Assembly: GCA_964016885.1 (NCBI GenBank)
Contig: OZ024750.1
Coordinates: 34,596,001-34,660,000 of the forward strand
Length of the DNA: 64,000 nucleotides
Reading direction: 5' to 3'
Source of the DNA: Eledone cirrhosa
Lineage: Eukaryota
Positions 1 to 12,679 of this stretch are shown in pieces. The position numbers were made by a program, and so were the translations under genes. The notes under the pieces are model-generated. The model did not search any database. It worked only from the letters and a program-made list of their open reading frames with translations, and was not told where the DNA came from. The first letter of the stretch is position 1; every line of letters begins with the position of its first letter.

Positions 1-133
1 CACACACACACTCACACACACACTCACACACACACTCTCACACACACTCTCACACACACACTCACACACACACTCACATACACACACTCACATTCACACA
101 CACTCTCACACACACACTCTCACACTCACACAC
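1..133. repeat. (CA)n / (CACT)-interrupted microsatellite
   Basis: Direct inspection. Confidence 0.95.
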
Positions 134-171
134 AAAAGCAAAGACAGTGTCAGTTGATTAACTAACACAAA

Positions 172-1018
172 TATATATATGATACATAAATGGCAATTTC
201 TGTCTGTCTGTTTGTTTGTGAACCTAAAACTCAAACACTACCAAACCGATCTTGATGAAACTCGACACATGTGTGGGGCTCATGCCCATTTGATTTCTTA
301 CATATATTTAATTTTAATCAAAGGGTTCCCCGTGGTTTCAAACCCCCGCTTAATTTTTTCCCTTCGATTTATATAAAATTTAAACCATAGGTAAATGACA
401 AGATATGATGCCTATTTACAAAATTTGAGCAAATTTCAATAATATTAAGACACCCTAATAGGGGGTTAAACCCCCTATTAGGGTTTCCTGGAGGCACACA
501 CCCCTGCTGAAAATGTTTTCCCTTCGATTTATATGAAATCTAAACCATAGATAAAGGACAAGATATGATGCCTATTCACCAAAGTTTTGAATTGATATTT
601 AAAAAAATTATTTACAAGAAACAAAATAAGAATAAGATTTAATAATGTAATTTTGATTTGATATATTACAAAAAATAATTGTTTCTACTTTTGCCACAAG
701 GCCAGCTATTACACTAGTGTATTACTAGTACTTTATTTTATCGACCCCGTAAGGATGAAAGGCAAAGTTAACCTCGACAGGATTTGAACTCAGAATGGCA
801 AGGGCCGTAACTCTATGCGTCAAAGCATGGCATCCAACACTCTACCAATACTGCCAATCCATTGTTTTCCAATTTTCCATGCATTACGTTTTACATTGAG
901 TAATATTGAAATGCAGAGTTTTTCTCCATAAATTATATCACTGATTTAAAATCAATCATCATTTTCTTACAAAAAAAAAAATGTGTGAAACGCAGCAAGG
1001 TGCGGGTAATTCGGCTAG
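172..1018 (+). mobile_element. Non-autonomous Helitron-like element with a nested SINE
   Basis: 5' (TA)n..ATAAATGGCAATTTCTGTCTGTCTG start; 3' GC-rich hairpin (CGCAGCAAGGTGCG) followed by CTAG|T at 1015-1019; internal duplication ~353-430 / ~515-590. Confidence 0.6.
676..864 (-). mobile_element. tRNA-derived SINE, family M (Meta-type core)
   Basis: On the minus strand: A box TGGCAGTATTGG, B box GAGTTCAAATCC, core TTTGCCTTTCATCCTTACGGGGTCGATAAA, (ATT) tail; about 20 copies in the window. Confidence 0.85.
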
Positions 1019-1019
1019 T

Positions 1020-1169
1020 GTATATATATATATATATACTTATATATATATATGTATGCTTGATATATATATATATATACTTGATATATATATATATATG
1101 ATATATATATGATATATATATATGATATATATATATATATAATATATATATATATATTTTATATATATA

Positions 1170-1202
<33 letters not shown>

Positions 1203-1222
1203 CTTGATATATATATATATAT
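1020..1222. repeat. (TA)n microsatellite
   Basis: Direct inspection. Confidence 0.95.
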
Positions 1223-1548
1223 ATGTGTTGTTTCCTTGAGCAAGACACTTTATTTCACATTGCTCCAGTTTACTCAGCTGTAGAAATGAGATGATAGGGA
1301 CTGGGCTCCATATCATTCCACTGCAAAGTGGACGTGGAGGCGCCACAGATAAAAAAGCACCCAGCCCACACTGTAAAGTAGACGTGGAGGTGACACGGCA
1401 AAAAAGCACCCAACACTCACTGTAAATGAGGATGGTGTTAGGAAGTGCATCCAGCTGTAGAAATCAAGCCAGAATCAGTTCCCGTCCCACCCTTGCAAGC
1501 AGGGAAAAGCGGACGTAAAATGATGATGATGATGATGATGATGATGAT
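1222..1548 (+). mobile_element. 5'-truncated CORE-type SINE (family C) with RTE-derived tail
   Basis: CORE motif CCTTGAGCAAGACACTT, two 48-nt modules, GTTAGGAAG(T/G)GCATCCAGC module, tail CCCACCCTTGCAAGCAGGGAAAAGCGGACG-(GAT)n. Confidence 0.85.
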
Positions 1549-1602
1549 ATATTATAGGGTAAAATGACAGGAGACCGGACAGGCTGTATTCCTTGAGATT
1601 TT

Positions 1603-1752
1603 ATTACTGCATATATATATATTACTGCATATATATATATTACTGCATATATATATATTACTGCATATATATATATTACTGCATATATATATATTACTGC
1701 ATATATATATATTACTGCATATATATATATATTACTGCATATATATATATGC
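1603..1752. repeat. ~18-bp minisatellite (TTACTGCA(TA)5)
   Basis: About 8 tandem copies. Confidence 0.9.
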
Positions 1753-1870
1753 AGTAATTGAGTTTTAATTATTTTCCCACATCTTATGTTAAATATTTTC
1801 CATTTTGATTTTATAGTCACTTATATATTATGAAATACTGTTGGCTTCTTGCTCACATTAATTTCTATAT

Positions 1871-1918
<48 letters not shown>

Positions 1919-1921
<3 letters not shown>

Positions 1922-1980
1922 CTAACCCATGCTAGCGTGGAAGATGGACGTTTAAACGACGATGATGATGATGATGATAT
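1919..1980 (+). mobile_element. Ultra-short RTE/SINE 3' tail inserted in (TA)n
   Basis: GTCTAACCCATGCTAGCGTGGAAGATGGACGTT-(GAT)n flanked by (TA)n on both sides. Confidence 0.75.
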
Positions 1981-2504
1981 ATATATATTCATTTTATTCA
2001 GCACGTGGTTGATAAAATATGTCTGCATCGAGAAATAATGATTGTATATTTTCACTTCACTTGAATATCTCTATGAAGGAGTATATTATAAGTTAGCTAT
2101 AAGATACTGTAATTTCTATAAAGCTAACAAAGAAATATGCTTGCTCTTTCAGAAGAGAACAGGTAAAAATCGATAATATGAGTGATGCCAAATCATTTGA
2201 AATGGAGAATTTGTTGGTTTGAGCCAGAACTTATCTTTTAACCTGATCATTATTATCAGACATTTTAGATAATCAGATTGTATTTAATTTTAGGAGATGA
2301 GTCTTTGATAATGCTAGAGAATGCTAGGTTCTTGGAAAGAATTGTATTTCAGTTGTTTTTTTATCTGTGAGGCAATGGAAATTTGAAACAATAGCCATAA
2401 TACTTGATAATCAGATATTGTCAGCAAGGTTCTGTTTTATGACTTTTTAAAAGAAGAAAAAAAATAAAAATATATAAAATATTCAACCAGATCAATAATC
2501 TATA

Positions 2505-2640
2505 ATTGTTTCTACTTTTGGCACAAGGCCAGCAAATTACTCAGTACATTACTGGTACTTTATTTTATCGACCCCGTAAGGATGAAAGGCAAAGTTAACC
2601 TTGGCGGGATTTGAACTCAGACTGTAAAGGGACGTAATCT
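2505..2640 (-). mobile_element. SINE family M, 5'-truncated
   Basis: Matches the core and tail of the 5268-5455 copy. Confidence 0.85.
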
Positions 2641-2786
2641 ATAATGAATGAAAATATATTTTCGTGAGTGGAACAAAAAAAAAAAGAAGAATAAAAGGTT
2701 CTAGCTTGCTCCAATTCTAATGTGAAGACCAATTGACATAAATGTAAAGGACCTTGAGACATATTTGAACTTTAAATCAGCTGATG

Positions 2787-2792
2787 ATTATC

Positions 2793-2823
<31 letters not shown>

Positions 2824-2862
2824 CCATCATCATCACTGTCATCATCATCATTGTCATTACCG

Positions 2863-2895
<33 letters not shown>

Positions 2896-3097
2896 GCACC
2901 GTCATAATCATCATCATCATCGTCATCACCACTATCATCATTGCCATCATCACCATTGCCATCATCACCATTATCATCATCATCATCATCATTATTATCA
3001 TCATTGTTTCGTCATCCGCATCATTGTTTCGTCATCATTTCATCATTATAATCATCACCATCATTTCATCATTATAATCATCATCATCATCATCATT
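2787..3097. repeat. Degenerate (CAT)n microsatellite
   Basis: Direct inspection; source of the His/Ile/Met-rich ORFs. Confidence 0.95.
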
Positions 3098-3996
3098 TAA
3101 TGTCTTCTATCCCTGCTGGTATGGGTTGAACAACCTTATAAAATATTATTTAATAACCAATATACTATATCAGTTAAATCATCAATAGTAAAGGTTTTCA
3201 TCCCAATAAGCCATCTCTCTCTTCCTCCCCCCTCTCTCTATATATATATATCATCATCATCATTTAACGTCCATCTTCCACGCTAGCATGGGTCAGAGAG
3301 AGAGAATATGAAATGTTACATCATTAAATTATGGTCAACTCTCCCAAATTTTGTGAATCAACTAACGCCACCTCCACCACACAAACAACCACACTCTGTG
3401 ATCAATAACTGATATGTTAATTTGCAGTATTCAGCTTAAAATTTTTCTATTGGTTTAACTTAAAACAGTATGACATTTGCTGCGCTAACCTGTTCAATAT
3501 GCTTATTAAGTGAAAGATATTTCACAAAGATAATCAAGGGAACATCAGCTACAACACCTGCCTATTCAGCTTGAATATCTATTACAATATTGATTTGGAA
3601 TTTTTGTTGTATTTACCCGCTGCATTTGATAAAGGGGATTACGTGATTGATTTTCATGGCTTCTGCAATTTTGACATCATAAGACTTAGCTTATAAGGAG
3701 GATTCACATCATATCTAAAGGTTTGTATTTGATGGTTATAGTAAACAAAGCACAATCAAAGCTGTTGGCTATTTTATCTGATGTGTGCAATCTTCAGTAT
3801 TAGTTGTCACTCTGATCAACATTTAGATTCATGATATCACAATTTATCTCAATTGCTTCGATTTCAATGCCCCTGATTATAAAATGAACATCGAATCATG
3901 TATCTATTGATTATGCATTTTAAAAGGAAGCTGAATATCTGTCTTAAATTAAGGACCACAGTATCAAAATAATAGTCTTTTCTCAAAGCAAATGTG

Positions 3997-4008
3997 ATAG
4001 ATAGATAA

Positions 4009-4042
<34 letters not shown>

Positions 4043-4132
4043 GGATGTCTGGATGGATGGATTCATAGATAGATTGATAAATAGACAGATAGATTGATAA
4101 ATTGATTGATAGATAGATAGATAGATAGATGA
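3997..4132. repeat. (GATA)n microsatellite
   Basis: Direct inspection. Confidence 0.95.
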
Positions 4133-4938
4133 ATGGTGTTAGCATCTACATCTGACAAGACCCAAAATAATATTGTTATAATTATTTCCAACAAGCATTT
4201 GATATAGTTGATAAGTTACTAATGCACAGATCTTTGGAACATTAAATTCCCCACTCTTTATTAGATGAAAGAGCTTATCCAATTTTATCATCATTTCCAA
4301 AATTGGCTATCAGAACAGCAGAACATCATAACACAAGAACAGCAGAATTCTTCCTTCAGTGTCTCCTGAAACATACAGAAAATATGAAAAACTAAAATGG
4401 AGGCTGGTATTGTTGTTAGGAATGTCTTTGAATTGAATCCATGCTATATATTAATCAGCCTACTCTGACAGCCAATAAAAGCCTCTGTATACACACACCT
4501 ATAATACTTCTATACTCCTTTACTTGATTGATCTCTTCCATTCATTCTTCCTAATGTGTTTCAATCTTTACTGAACACCAGTTAACAACATTCATGTGGG
4601 AAAAGCACAAAGTAAATTATGGTTCTAAAATATGGAATACTTTCTCACTAACCACTAACCATTCTGTGTTAGTTCAAAAAGAAAAAAAGAAGTTGAAAAA
4701 CACAAAAAAGAGGAAAAAAAACCAACTTTTCTCTTCACTAAATCAAATTATTTTCTAAACCTAGGATATATATATATATATTATATACTTTTACTAAGAT
4801 ATATATATATATATGTATAGTATATAATATATATAGTATATAGTATATATATAGTATATATATGTATATAATATATATATATATATAAACCCATGCTAGC
4901 ATGGAAGATAGACGTTAAACGATGATATATAGTATATA

Positions 4939-5015
<77 letters not shown>

Positions 5016-5267
5016 TATACTATTCCTAAGATATAATAATGTTTTTTTTTTCTTTTTTACTTTTTCGTTATTATATTTTTAATGAAAGATACTGCCTATG
5101 ATTTTCAAATTATTTTAAGATGTATATATTTTCAGTAGAATAACATTGCAAATATGTTTTAAATATATACATAAATAACATTACAAACGTGTAAATAACA
5201 TAATATATTGCTCGCAATTCATTCAGAAGGACATTACAAATATAATGTCTAAACCGTATAAAAATAT

Positions 5268-5455
5268 AATTGTTTCTACTTTAGGCACAAGGCCAGCAAT
5301 TACCCAGTACATTACTGGTACTTTATTTTATCGACCCCGTAAGGATGAAAGGCAAAGTTAACCTCGGCGGGATTTGAACTCAGACTGTAAAGGGACGTAA
5401 CTATGCTAGAAAGCATGGCGTCCAGCCCTCTACCGATACTGCCAATTCACCACCG
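5268..5455 (-). mobile_element. Full-length SINE family M with target-site duplication
   Basis: A and B boxes, Meta-type core; CCGTATAAAAATATA present on both flanks (~15-bp TSD). Confidence 0.9.
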
Positions 5456-5539
5456 TATAAAAATATAATAATATAATTCATTGAACATTGGCCCTCCCAC
5501 TATAAACCTTTCCTGCACAGGTTTCTTCTTTAGCGTGCA

Positions 5540-5745
5540 CTCCCAAAGCCCTGCGGTGATAGGCAAGAGGCGGAGGTAACCTCTGGGAGTTGCCAGTCTG
5601 ACTCCGATCTCTTCCCCTGCCCCCACTGTCCCCGGACCTGCAAGTCAAGGATCAACCTCCACAGCCACCTTCGTGCCCACGGCAGACGGGAACAACAATA
5701 AAGAAGATGTCATCATCGTTTATGATGGACAACCAAGAAGAATGA
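5540..5745 (+). mobile_element. 3' fragment of an RTE-clade LINE with C-terminal C2H2 zinc finger
   Basis: Manual translation from 5612: FPCPHCPRTCKSRINLHSHLRAHGRREQQ*, then a short 3' UTR and AAGAAG tail. Confidence 0.75.
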
Positions 5746-5769
5746 TAAAGGAAAAGGAGGGAGGGGGGT

Positions 5770-6338
5770 GTCAATTCACCGCCAGGTGCGACAATCGGCT
5801 GCACCTCACACCTTAAGGTTTAACTACACACTCGCAGCATTACTACAGGTGATGGCAAGGCTAAGGCACTGAAATAACCAGGCATCCTCATGGGTATCAC
5901 CTGACACCCCAGTATTGTAAGCCACCAGTTATGACAAGAACTTCGCTGTCAGTGGCTCAGCTCCACCAAACGTCTCAAACGCCACAGGCTGGAAAAAAAA
6001 TAATCATTTGATAACTCCAGGTATTTCCGAATTTTCTTCCAAAAGCAGTGACCCCCACATTCACTGTGGCATCCATGATGTGGGAGGGAGCAAAAGAGTC
6101 ACTAACTGACGTCCCAGATGAGACACCTACTTCTCACTCAGGGACAAAGGGTAAGACCGTCTTCTCTCTTCCCATCACGGATAAACCAGCCGGCTCCATA
6201 ACTGTGGGGATATTTTCCAGAGCCAGGACCCGTTTGATGATCAGGTTTAACTCGGTGTGACGGGCAAAACAACCAGCATTCAGGAGGCAGGACAAACCAT
6301 GTAAACCTGTGGAGTCGAGGAACCTACCACAGCAGCAA
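5770..6338 (-). pseudogene. Decayed CRE-clade non-LTR retrotransposon C-terminus (CCHC finger + restriction-like endonuclease)
   Basis: Minus-strand translation across frameshifts: CCCGRFLDSTGLHGLSC..RHTELNLIIKR..EPAGLS/RDGKREDGLTLVP..LIWDV..KIRKY..QPVAFETFG..LFQCLSLAITCSNAASV. Confidence 0.8.
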
Positions 6339-9300
6339 AGATATATATTATATATACTTTTATCAAGATATATATATATATATTATATATACTTTTATCA
6401 AGATATATATATATACTTTTACTAAGATATATATTATATATACTTTTATCAAGATATATATATATACTTTTACTAAGATATTATATATACTTTTACTAAG
6501 ATATATATATATATATATTTTTACTAAGATATATATATACTTTTACTAAGATATATATATATATACTTTTACTAAGATATATATTATATATACTTTTACT
6601 AAGGTATATATATATACTTTTACTAAGATATATATATACTTTTATATATATATACTTTTATATATATATACTTTTATATATATATACTTATACTAAGATA
6701 TATATTATATATACTTTTACTAAGGTATATATATATACTTTTACTAAGATATATATATACTTTTACTAAGATATATATATATATACTTTTACTAAGATAT
6801 ATATTATATATACTTTTACTAAGATATATATATATATACTTTTACTAAGATATATATATATATACTTTTACTAATATATATATATATATATATACTTTTA
6901 CTAAGATATATATTATATATACTTTTACTAAGATATATATTATATATACTTTTACTAAGATATATATATATATACTTTTACTAAGATATATATATACTTT
7001 TACTAAGATATATATTATATATACTTTTACTAAGATATATATTATATATACTTTTACTAAGATATATATTATATATACTTTTACTAAGATATATATTATA
7101 TATACTTTTACTAAGATATATATTATATATACTTTTACTAAGATATATATATATATACTTTTACTAAGATATATATATACTTTTACTAAGATATATATTA
7201 TATATACTTTTACTAAGATATATATTATATATACTTTTACTAAGATATATATTATATATACTTTTACTAAGATATATATATATATACTTTTACTAAGATA
7301 TATATATATATACTTTTACTAAGATATATATATATACTTTTACTAAGATATATATTATATATACTTTTACTAAGATATATATTATATATACTTTTACTAA
7401 GATATATATTATATATACTTTTACTAAGATATATATTATATATACTTTTACTAAGATATATATATATACTTTTACTAAGATATATATATACTTTTACTAA
7501 GATATATATATATACTTTTACTAAGATATATATATATACTTTTACTAAGATATATATATATATACTTTTACTATATATATATATACTTTTACTAAGATAT
7601 ATATTATATATACTTTTACTAAGATATATATATACTTTTACTAAGATATATATACTTTTACTAAGATATATATTATATATACTTTTACTAAGATATATAT
7701 TATATATACTTTTACTAAGGTATATATATATACTTTTACTAAGATATATATATACTTTTACTAAGATATATATATACTTTTACTAAGATACATATATATA
7801 TATACTTTTACTAAGATATATATTATATATACTTTTACTAATATATATATATATATACTTTTACTAAGATATATATATATATACTTTTACTAAGATATAT
7901 ATATATATACTTTTACTAAGATATATATATACTTTTACTAAGATACATATATATATATACTTTTACTAAGATATATATTATATATACTTTTACTAAAATA
8001 TATATATATATACTTTTACTAAGATATATATATATATATACTTTTACTAAGATATATATATATATACTTTTACTGAGATATATATATATATACTTTTACT
8101 AAGATATATATATACTTTTACTAAGATATATATTATATATACTTTTACGAAGATATATATTATATATATTATATATACTTTTACTAAGATATATATTATA
8201 TATACTTTTACTAAGATATATATTATATATACTTTTACTAAGATATATATAGATATATTTTTACTAAGATATATATATATACTTTTACTAAGATATATAT
8301 ATATATACTTTTACTAAGATATATATTATATATACTTTTACTAAGATATATATATATATACTTTTACTAAGATATATATATACTTTTACTAAGATATATA
8401 TTATATATACTTTTACTAAGATATATATTATATATACTTTTACTAAGATATATATTATATATACTTTTACTAAGATATATATATATACTTTTACTAAGAT
8501 ATATATATATATATATACTTTTACTAAGATATATATTATATATACTTTTACTAAGATATATATTATATATACTTTTACTAAGATATATATATATATACTT
8601 TTACTAAGATATATATATACTTTTACTAAGATATATATTATATATACTTTTACTAAGATATATATTATATATACTTTTACTAAGATATATATTATATATA
8701 CTTTTACTAAGATATATATATATATATTTTTACTAAGATATATATATATACTTTTACTAAGATATATATATATATATACTTTTACTAAGATATATATTAT
8801 ATATACTTTTACTAAGATATATATTATATATACTTTTACTAAGATATATATTATATATACTTTTACTAAGATATATATATATATTTTTACTAAGATATAT
8901 ATATATATATACTTTTACTAAGATATATATATATATACTTTTACTAAGATATATATTATATATACTTTTACTAAGATATATATATATATATTTTTACTAA
9001 GATATATTATATATACTTTTACTAAGATATATATTATATATACTTTTACTAAGATATATATTATATATACTTTTACTAAGATATATATATATATACTTTT
9101 ACTAAGATATATATATATATATTTTTACTAAGATATATATTATATATACTTTTACTAAGATATATATTATATATACTTTTACTAAGATATATATATATAT
9201 ACTTTTACTAAGATATATATATATACTTTTACTAAAATATATATATATATACTTTTACTAAGATATATATATATATATTTTTACTAAGATATATATATAT

Positions 9301-9585
9301 ATACTTTTACTAAGATATATATATATATACTTTTACTAAGATATATATATATACTTTTACTAAGATATATATTATATATACTTTTACTAAGATATATATA
9401 TATATATTTTTACTAAGATATATATTATATATACTTTTACTAAGATATATATATATATACTTTTACTAAGATATATATATATACTTTTACTAAGATATAT
9501 ATTATATATACTTTTACTAAGATATATATATATATATCATATATACTTTTACTAAGATATATTATATATATTATATACTTTTACA
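6339..9585. repeat. AT-rich minisatellite, core CTTTTACTAAGA + variable (TA)n, unit ~22-32 bp
   Basis: More than 100 tandem units over 3.2 kb. Confidence 0.95.
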
Positions 9586-9784
9586 ACTTAGCATGACTGA
9601 ATGTACTTGTTAATCTGATGTTACATTATACATGTTTTATGGCCATTCTTGTCAGCGTCATCATCACCATTACCACCATAATCGTTGCCATCATCATCAT
9701 CATTGTTATCACCATCACTGCTAGTATCATCGTTGTCATCACCACCATTGTTGTCACCACCACCACAAGGTGAGTGATAGATGA

Positions 9785-10050
9785 GAGGGTAGCAAGGAGT
9801 GCAGTAGAGTTCAATTCTTTGTCACGCATTGTGTCCTTCAGCAAGACACTTTATTTAATGTTGCTCCACTCAACTCAGCTGGCAAAAATAAGTTGAAAGA
9901 CCAGCTTTGTGACATTCTGTGTCATGCTGAATCTCCCTGAGAACTACCTTAAAGGTTCATGTGTCTGTTGAATTCTCAGGGAGGTGTCTTGTACTGCCAG
10001 CCACTTAACACCAATGAAAACCAGGATAAGCCCTGGCCTGATGGTCGTTT
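9785..10050 (+). mobile_element. Old, degenerate CORE-type SINE with a different tail
   Basis: GAGTTCAATTC B box and TGTGTCCTTCAGCAAGACACTTTA CORE motif. Confidence 0.55.
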
Positions 10051-10184
10051 TAATAGTATATATGGTATATACTAAACAATTCTCTTCACCCCCTACCCCC
10101 TCTAAGAACTAACTCAGGAAATAATTTCCTTTGCCTCTAAGAACTAACTCAGGAAATAATTTCCTTGCCTTTGCCGTTTTCTTG

Positions 10185-10404
10185 AACCCTTTACATTACT
10201 CTATATATACTATTGTATTTTTGTGGTAAAGGCTTTACCTTATATAATTATTTCACATAATATCGAATCTATGAGATTTTGATATTATCTATTTTGAGAA
10301 CAATACCTCAACATCAGTATGAGTGGTTGGTTGCAGCCAGTTTGAAGAAAAGGAGGTGAGGGAATTCTGGTCAGATGTGGCTGGTTTAAATGCTCAAGGG
10401 TTAA
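10185..10404. mobile_element. piggyBac-like MITE family A
   Basis: AACCCTTTA...AAGGGTTAA ends; body shared with the copies at 11156, 24818 and 33958. Confidence 0.7.
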
Positions 10405-10439
10405 AAATCACAATTCAATACAACACATCAATTACTTCT

Positions 10440-10795
10440 ATCATCATCATTTTACGTCCACTTTTCCCTGCTTGCAAGGGTGGGACGGGAACTGATTCTG
10501 GCTTTCTACAGCTGGATGCCCTTCCTAAAGCTGGGTGCTTTTTTTCCGTGGCACCTCCATGTCCACTTTACAGTGTGGGCTGGGTGCTTTTTTGCCGTGG
10601 CACCTCCACGACCACTTTGCAATGGAATGATAGGGACCCCAGTCCCTATCATCTCATTTCTACAGCTGAGTAAACTGGAGCAAAGTGAAATAAAGTGTCT
10701 TGTTCAAGGAAACAACACATCACCCGGTCTGAGAATTGAACTCACAACCTTTGGATTGCAAGGCCACTGCTATAACCACTAAGCCATGTGCCTCC
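10440..10795 (-). mobile_element. Full-length CORE-type SINE (family C)
   Basis: tRNA head GCACATGGCTTAGTGGTTA..GAGTTCAATTC, CORE motif, modules, RTE tail and (GAT)n. Confidence 0.9.
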
Positions 10796-11155
10796 TCTAT
10801 ATATATATTCACCAATATAACAAAATATCGTAGTAATTACTTTAATAAAATATTATTACAATATGTGAAATACATGACTTATCTTTTGTTATTTGAGAAC
10901 AAAGTTATTTGTTTGATTGAAGTATAATTTTCTCAAAGAATCATGTCAGTTGTAAACAACCCCAGGGCAAATATAGCAACTAATAAAAGCTATCTTTTTC
11001 TTGTCCTCTTAACTTCCTTACAAACTTTCACTAATCCTTTTCTTTTTGTGCCCATCACATGATATATTTTTTATTGAAACTGAAGTCTTAGTATTTAGTA
11101 GAATGTTCTAGTTGGCTTGAAGCATTGAGTATAGTATATAATGTAGAAAATATGT

Positions 11156-11515
11156 TTAACCCTTTAATGCTCAAACCGGCCAAAACCGGCCAGAATTGTC
11201 TACCTCTTTCTGTTGAAACTGGCTGTAACTGGTCACTCATATTGATGTTAAGGTATTGTTCTCAAAATAAATACTTTCAAAATCTCATAGATTCGATATT
11301 ATGTGAGATAAAGCCTTTACCATGAAAATATAATAGTATATATAGAGTAATGTGAATGTTATGTGAGATAATTATGTGAGGTAAAGCCTTTACCATGAAA
11401 ATACAATAGTATATATAGAGTAATGTGAATGTTATGTGAGATATTATGTGAGGTAAAGCCTTTACCATGAAAATATAATAGTATATATAGAGTAATGTGA
11501 ATGCTAAAGGGTTAA
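11156..11515. mobile_element. piggyBac-like MITE family A
   Basis: TTAA-CCCTTTA...TAAAGGG-TTAA; internal ~70-bp unit repeated 3 times. Confidence 0.8.
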
Positions 11516-12079
11516 GAAGGCTAAGACAATGTGAAATAGCTGGTAAAATAAATGGATAGTAAGAGAATGTATATCATATAATATCTAGTAGAATATATAT
11601 TATATTATATGTAGTTTATATATATATCATACATGTTGTAGAATATATATATATCAAATTTAATGAGCTCAAGGAATAGATTCTAGGCTCTTTATAAATC
11701 AGCATATCGAGAGAAGTACACATAGAGATATGTGTTCAATCATAGGGTATAAAAGACCACCAGAGTGATGAACATATTAATTACAGAAGGAAAGGTAAAT
11801 AAAAATCAATTAAAAGAATAAATTAAAGTGTACTAACCGTCCAATAAAAGTTATAATATCTGGACATACTCAGCTTGGGGTATGTTTCGCTATACAAAGT
11901 GAAGAATCCATATTGTAGATGGTTTATCAGTGGATGCCTAGCAATACAATCAACACTTCTAAAAATATATCAGATAACTAAGAAAACACACATGGTATAG
12001 AGGAAAGACATGCATTTTATAGCCCATGGTGGTGTGAAAAAAGACTGCTAAAAGCAGCTCAGAACTATTCAACTTATGA

Positions 12080-12415
12080 AGGCACATGGCTTAGTGGTTA
12101 GAGCATTGGCCTGGCAATCGAAAGGTTGTGAGTTCAATTCTCAGACCGGGTGATGTGTTGTTTCCTTGAGCAAGACACTTTATTTCACATTGCTCCAGTT
12201 TACTCAGCTGTAGAAATGAGATGATAGGGGCTGGGGTCCCTATCATTCCACTGCAAAGTGGTTGTGGAGGTGCCACGGCAAAAAAGCACCCAGGACTCAC
12301 TGTAAATGAGGTTGGTGTTAGGAAGGGCATCCAGTTGTAGAAATCAAGCCAGAATCAGTTCCCGTCCCACCCTTGCAAGCAGGGAAAAGGGGACTTAAAA
12401 CGAAATGATGAAATG
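12080..12415 (+). mobile_element. Full-length CORE-type SINE (family C)
   Basis: tRNA head, CORE, one 48-nt module, terminal module, RTE tail. Confidence 0.9.
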
Positions 12416-12597
12416 AAGCTCTACTTACATATAAAAAACAGAGTTAAAGACTCACATTTTCCCCTATGATTGAACACACATCTACATCTCTGTGTACTTC
12501 TCTCTATATGCTGATTTACACACACATATATATATATATTCATATATTTATATTTATACGGCGTAGACAATACAAAACAACGGGAAGAAACAAAATA

Positions 12598-12643
12598 TTA
12601 CCACTGATGATGTCACAGGTGTGTGGTGAAAGAACTTTGATAG
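12598..12643 (+). other. Degenerate minimal type I hammerhead ribozyme motif (Penelope-like remnant)
   Basis: CTGATGA-T-GTCACA(GGTG)TGTGGT-GAAA-G(AA)C-TT; helix I TTACCA/TGATAG with one mismatch. Confidence 0.45.
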
Positions 12644-12679
12644 ATTATATTTATATATAAATTGGCATAAATTCTATAG

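Noticed and set aside
4140-4380. Possible minus-strand host exon (acceptor TTTTCTGTATGTTTCAG near 4357)
   Set aside because: Frames close quickly and show no recognisable homology; needs RNA-seq.
12080-12150. tRNA gene
   Set aside because: tRNA-like head of a multi-copy SINE continuing into the CORE domain; no complete cloverleaf.
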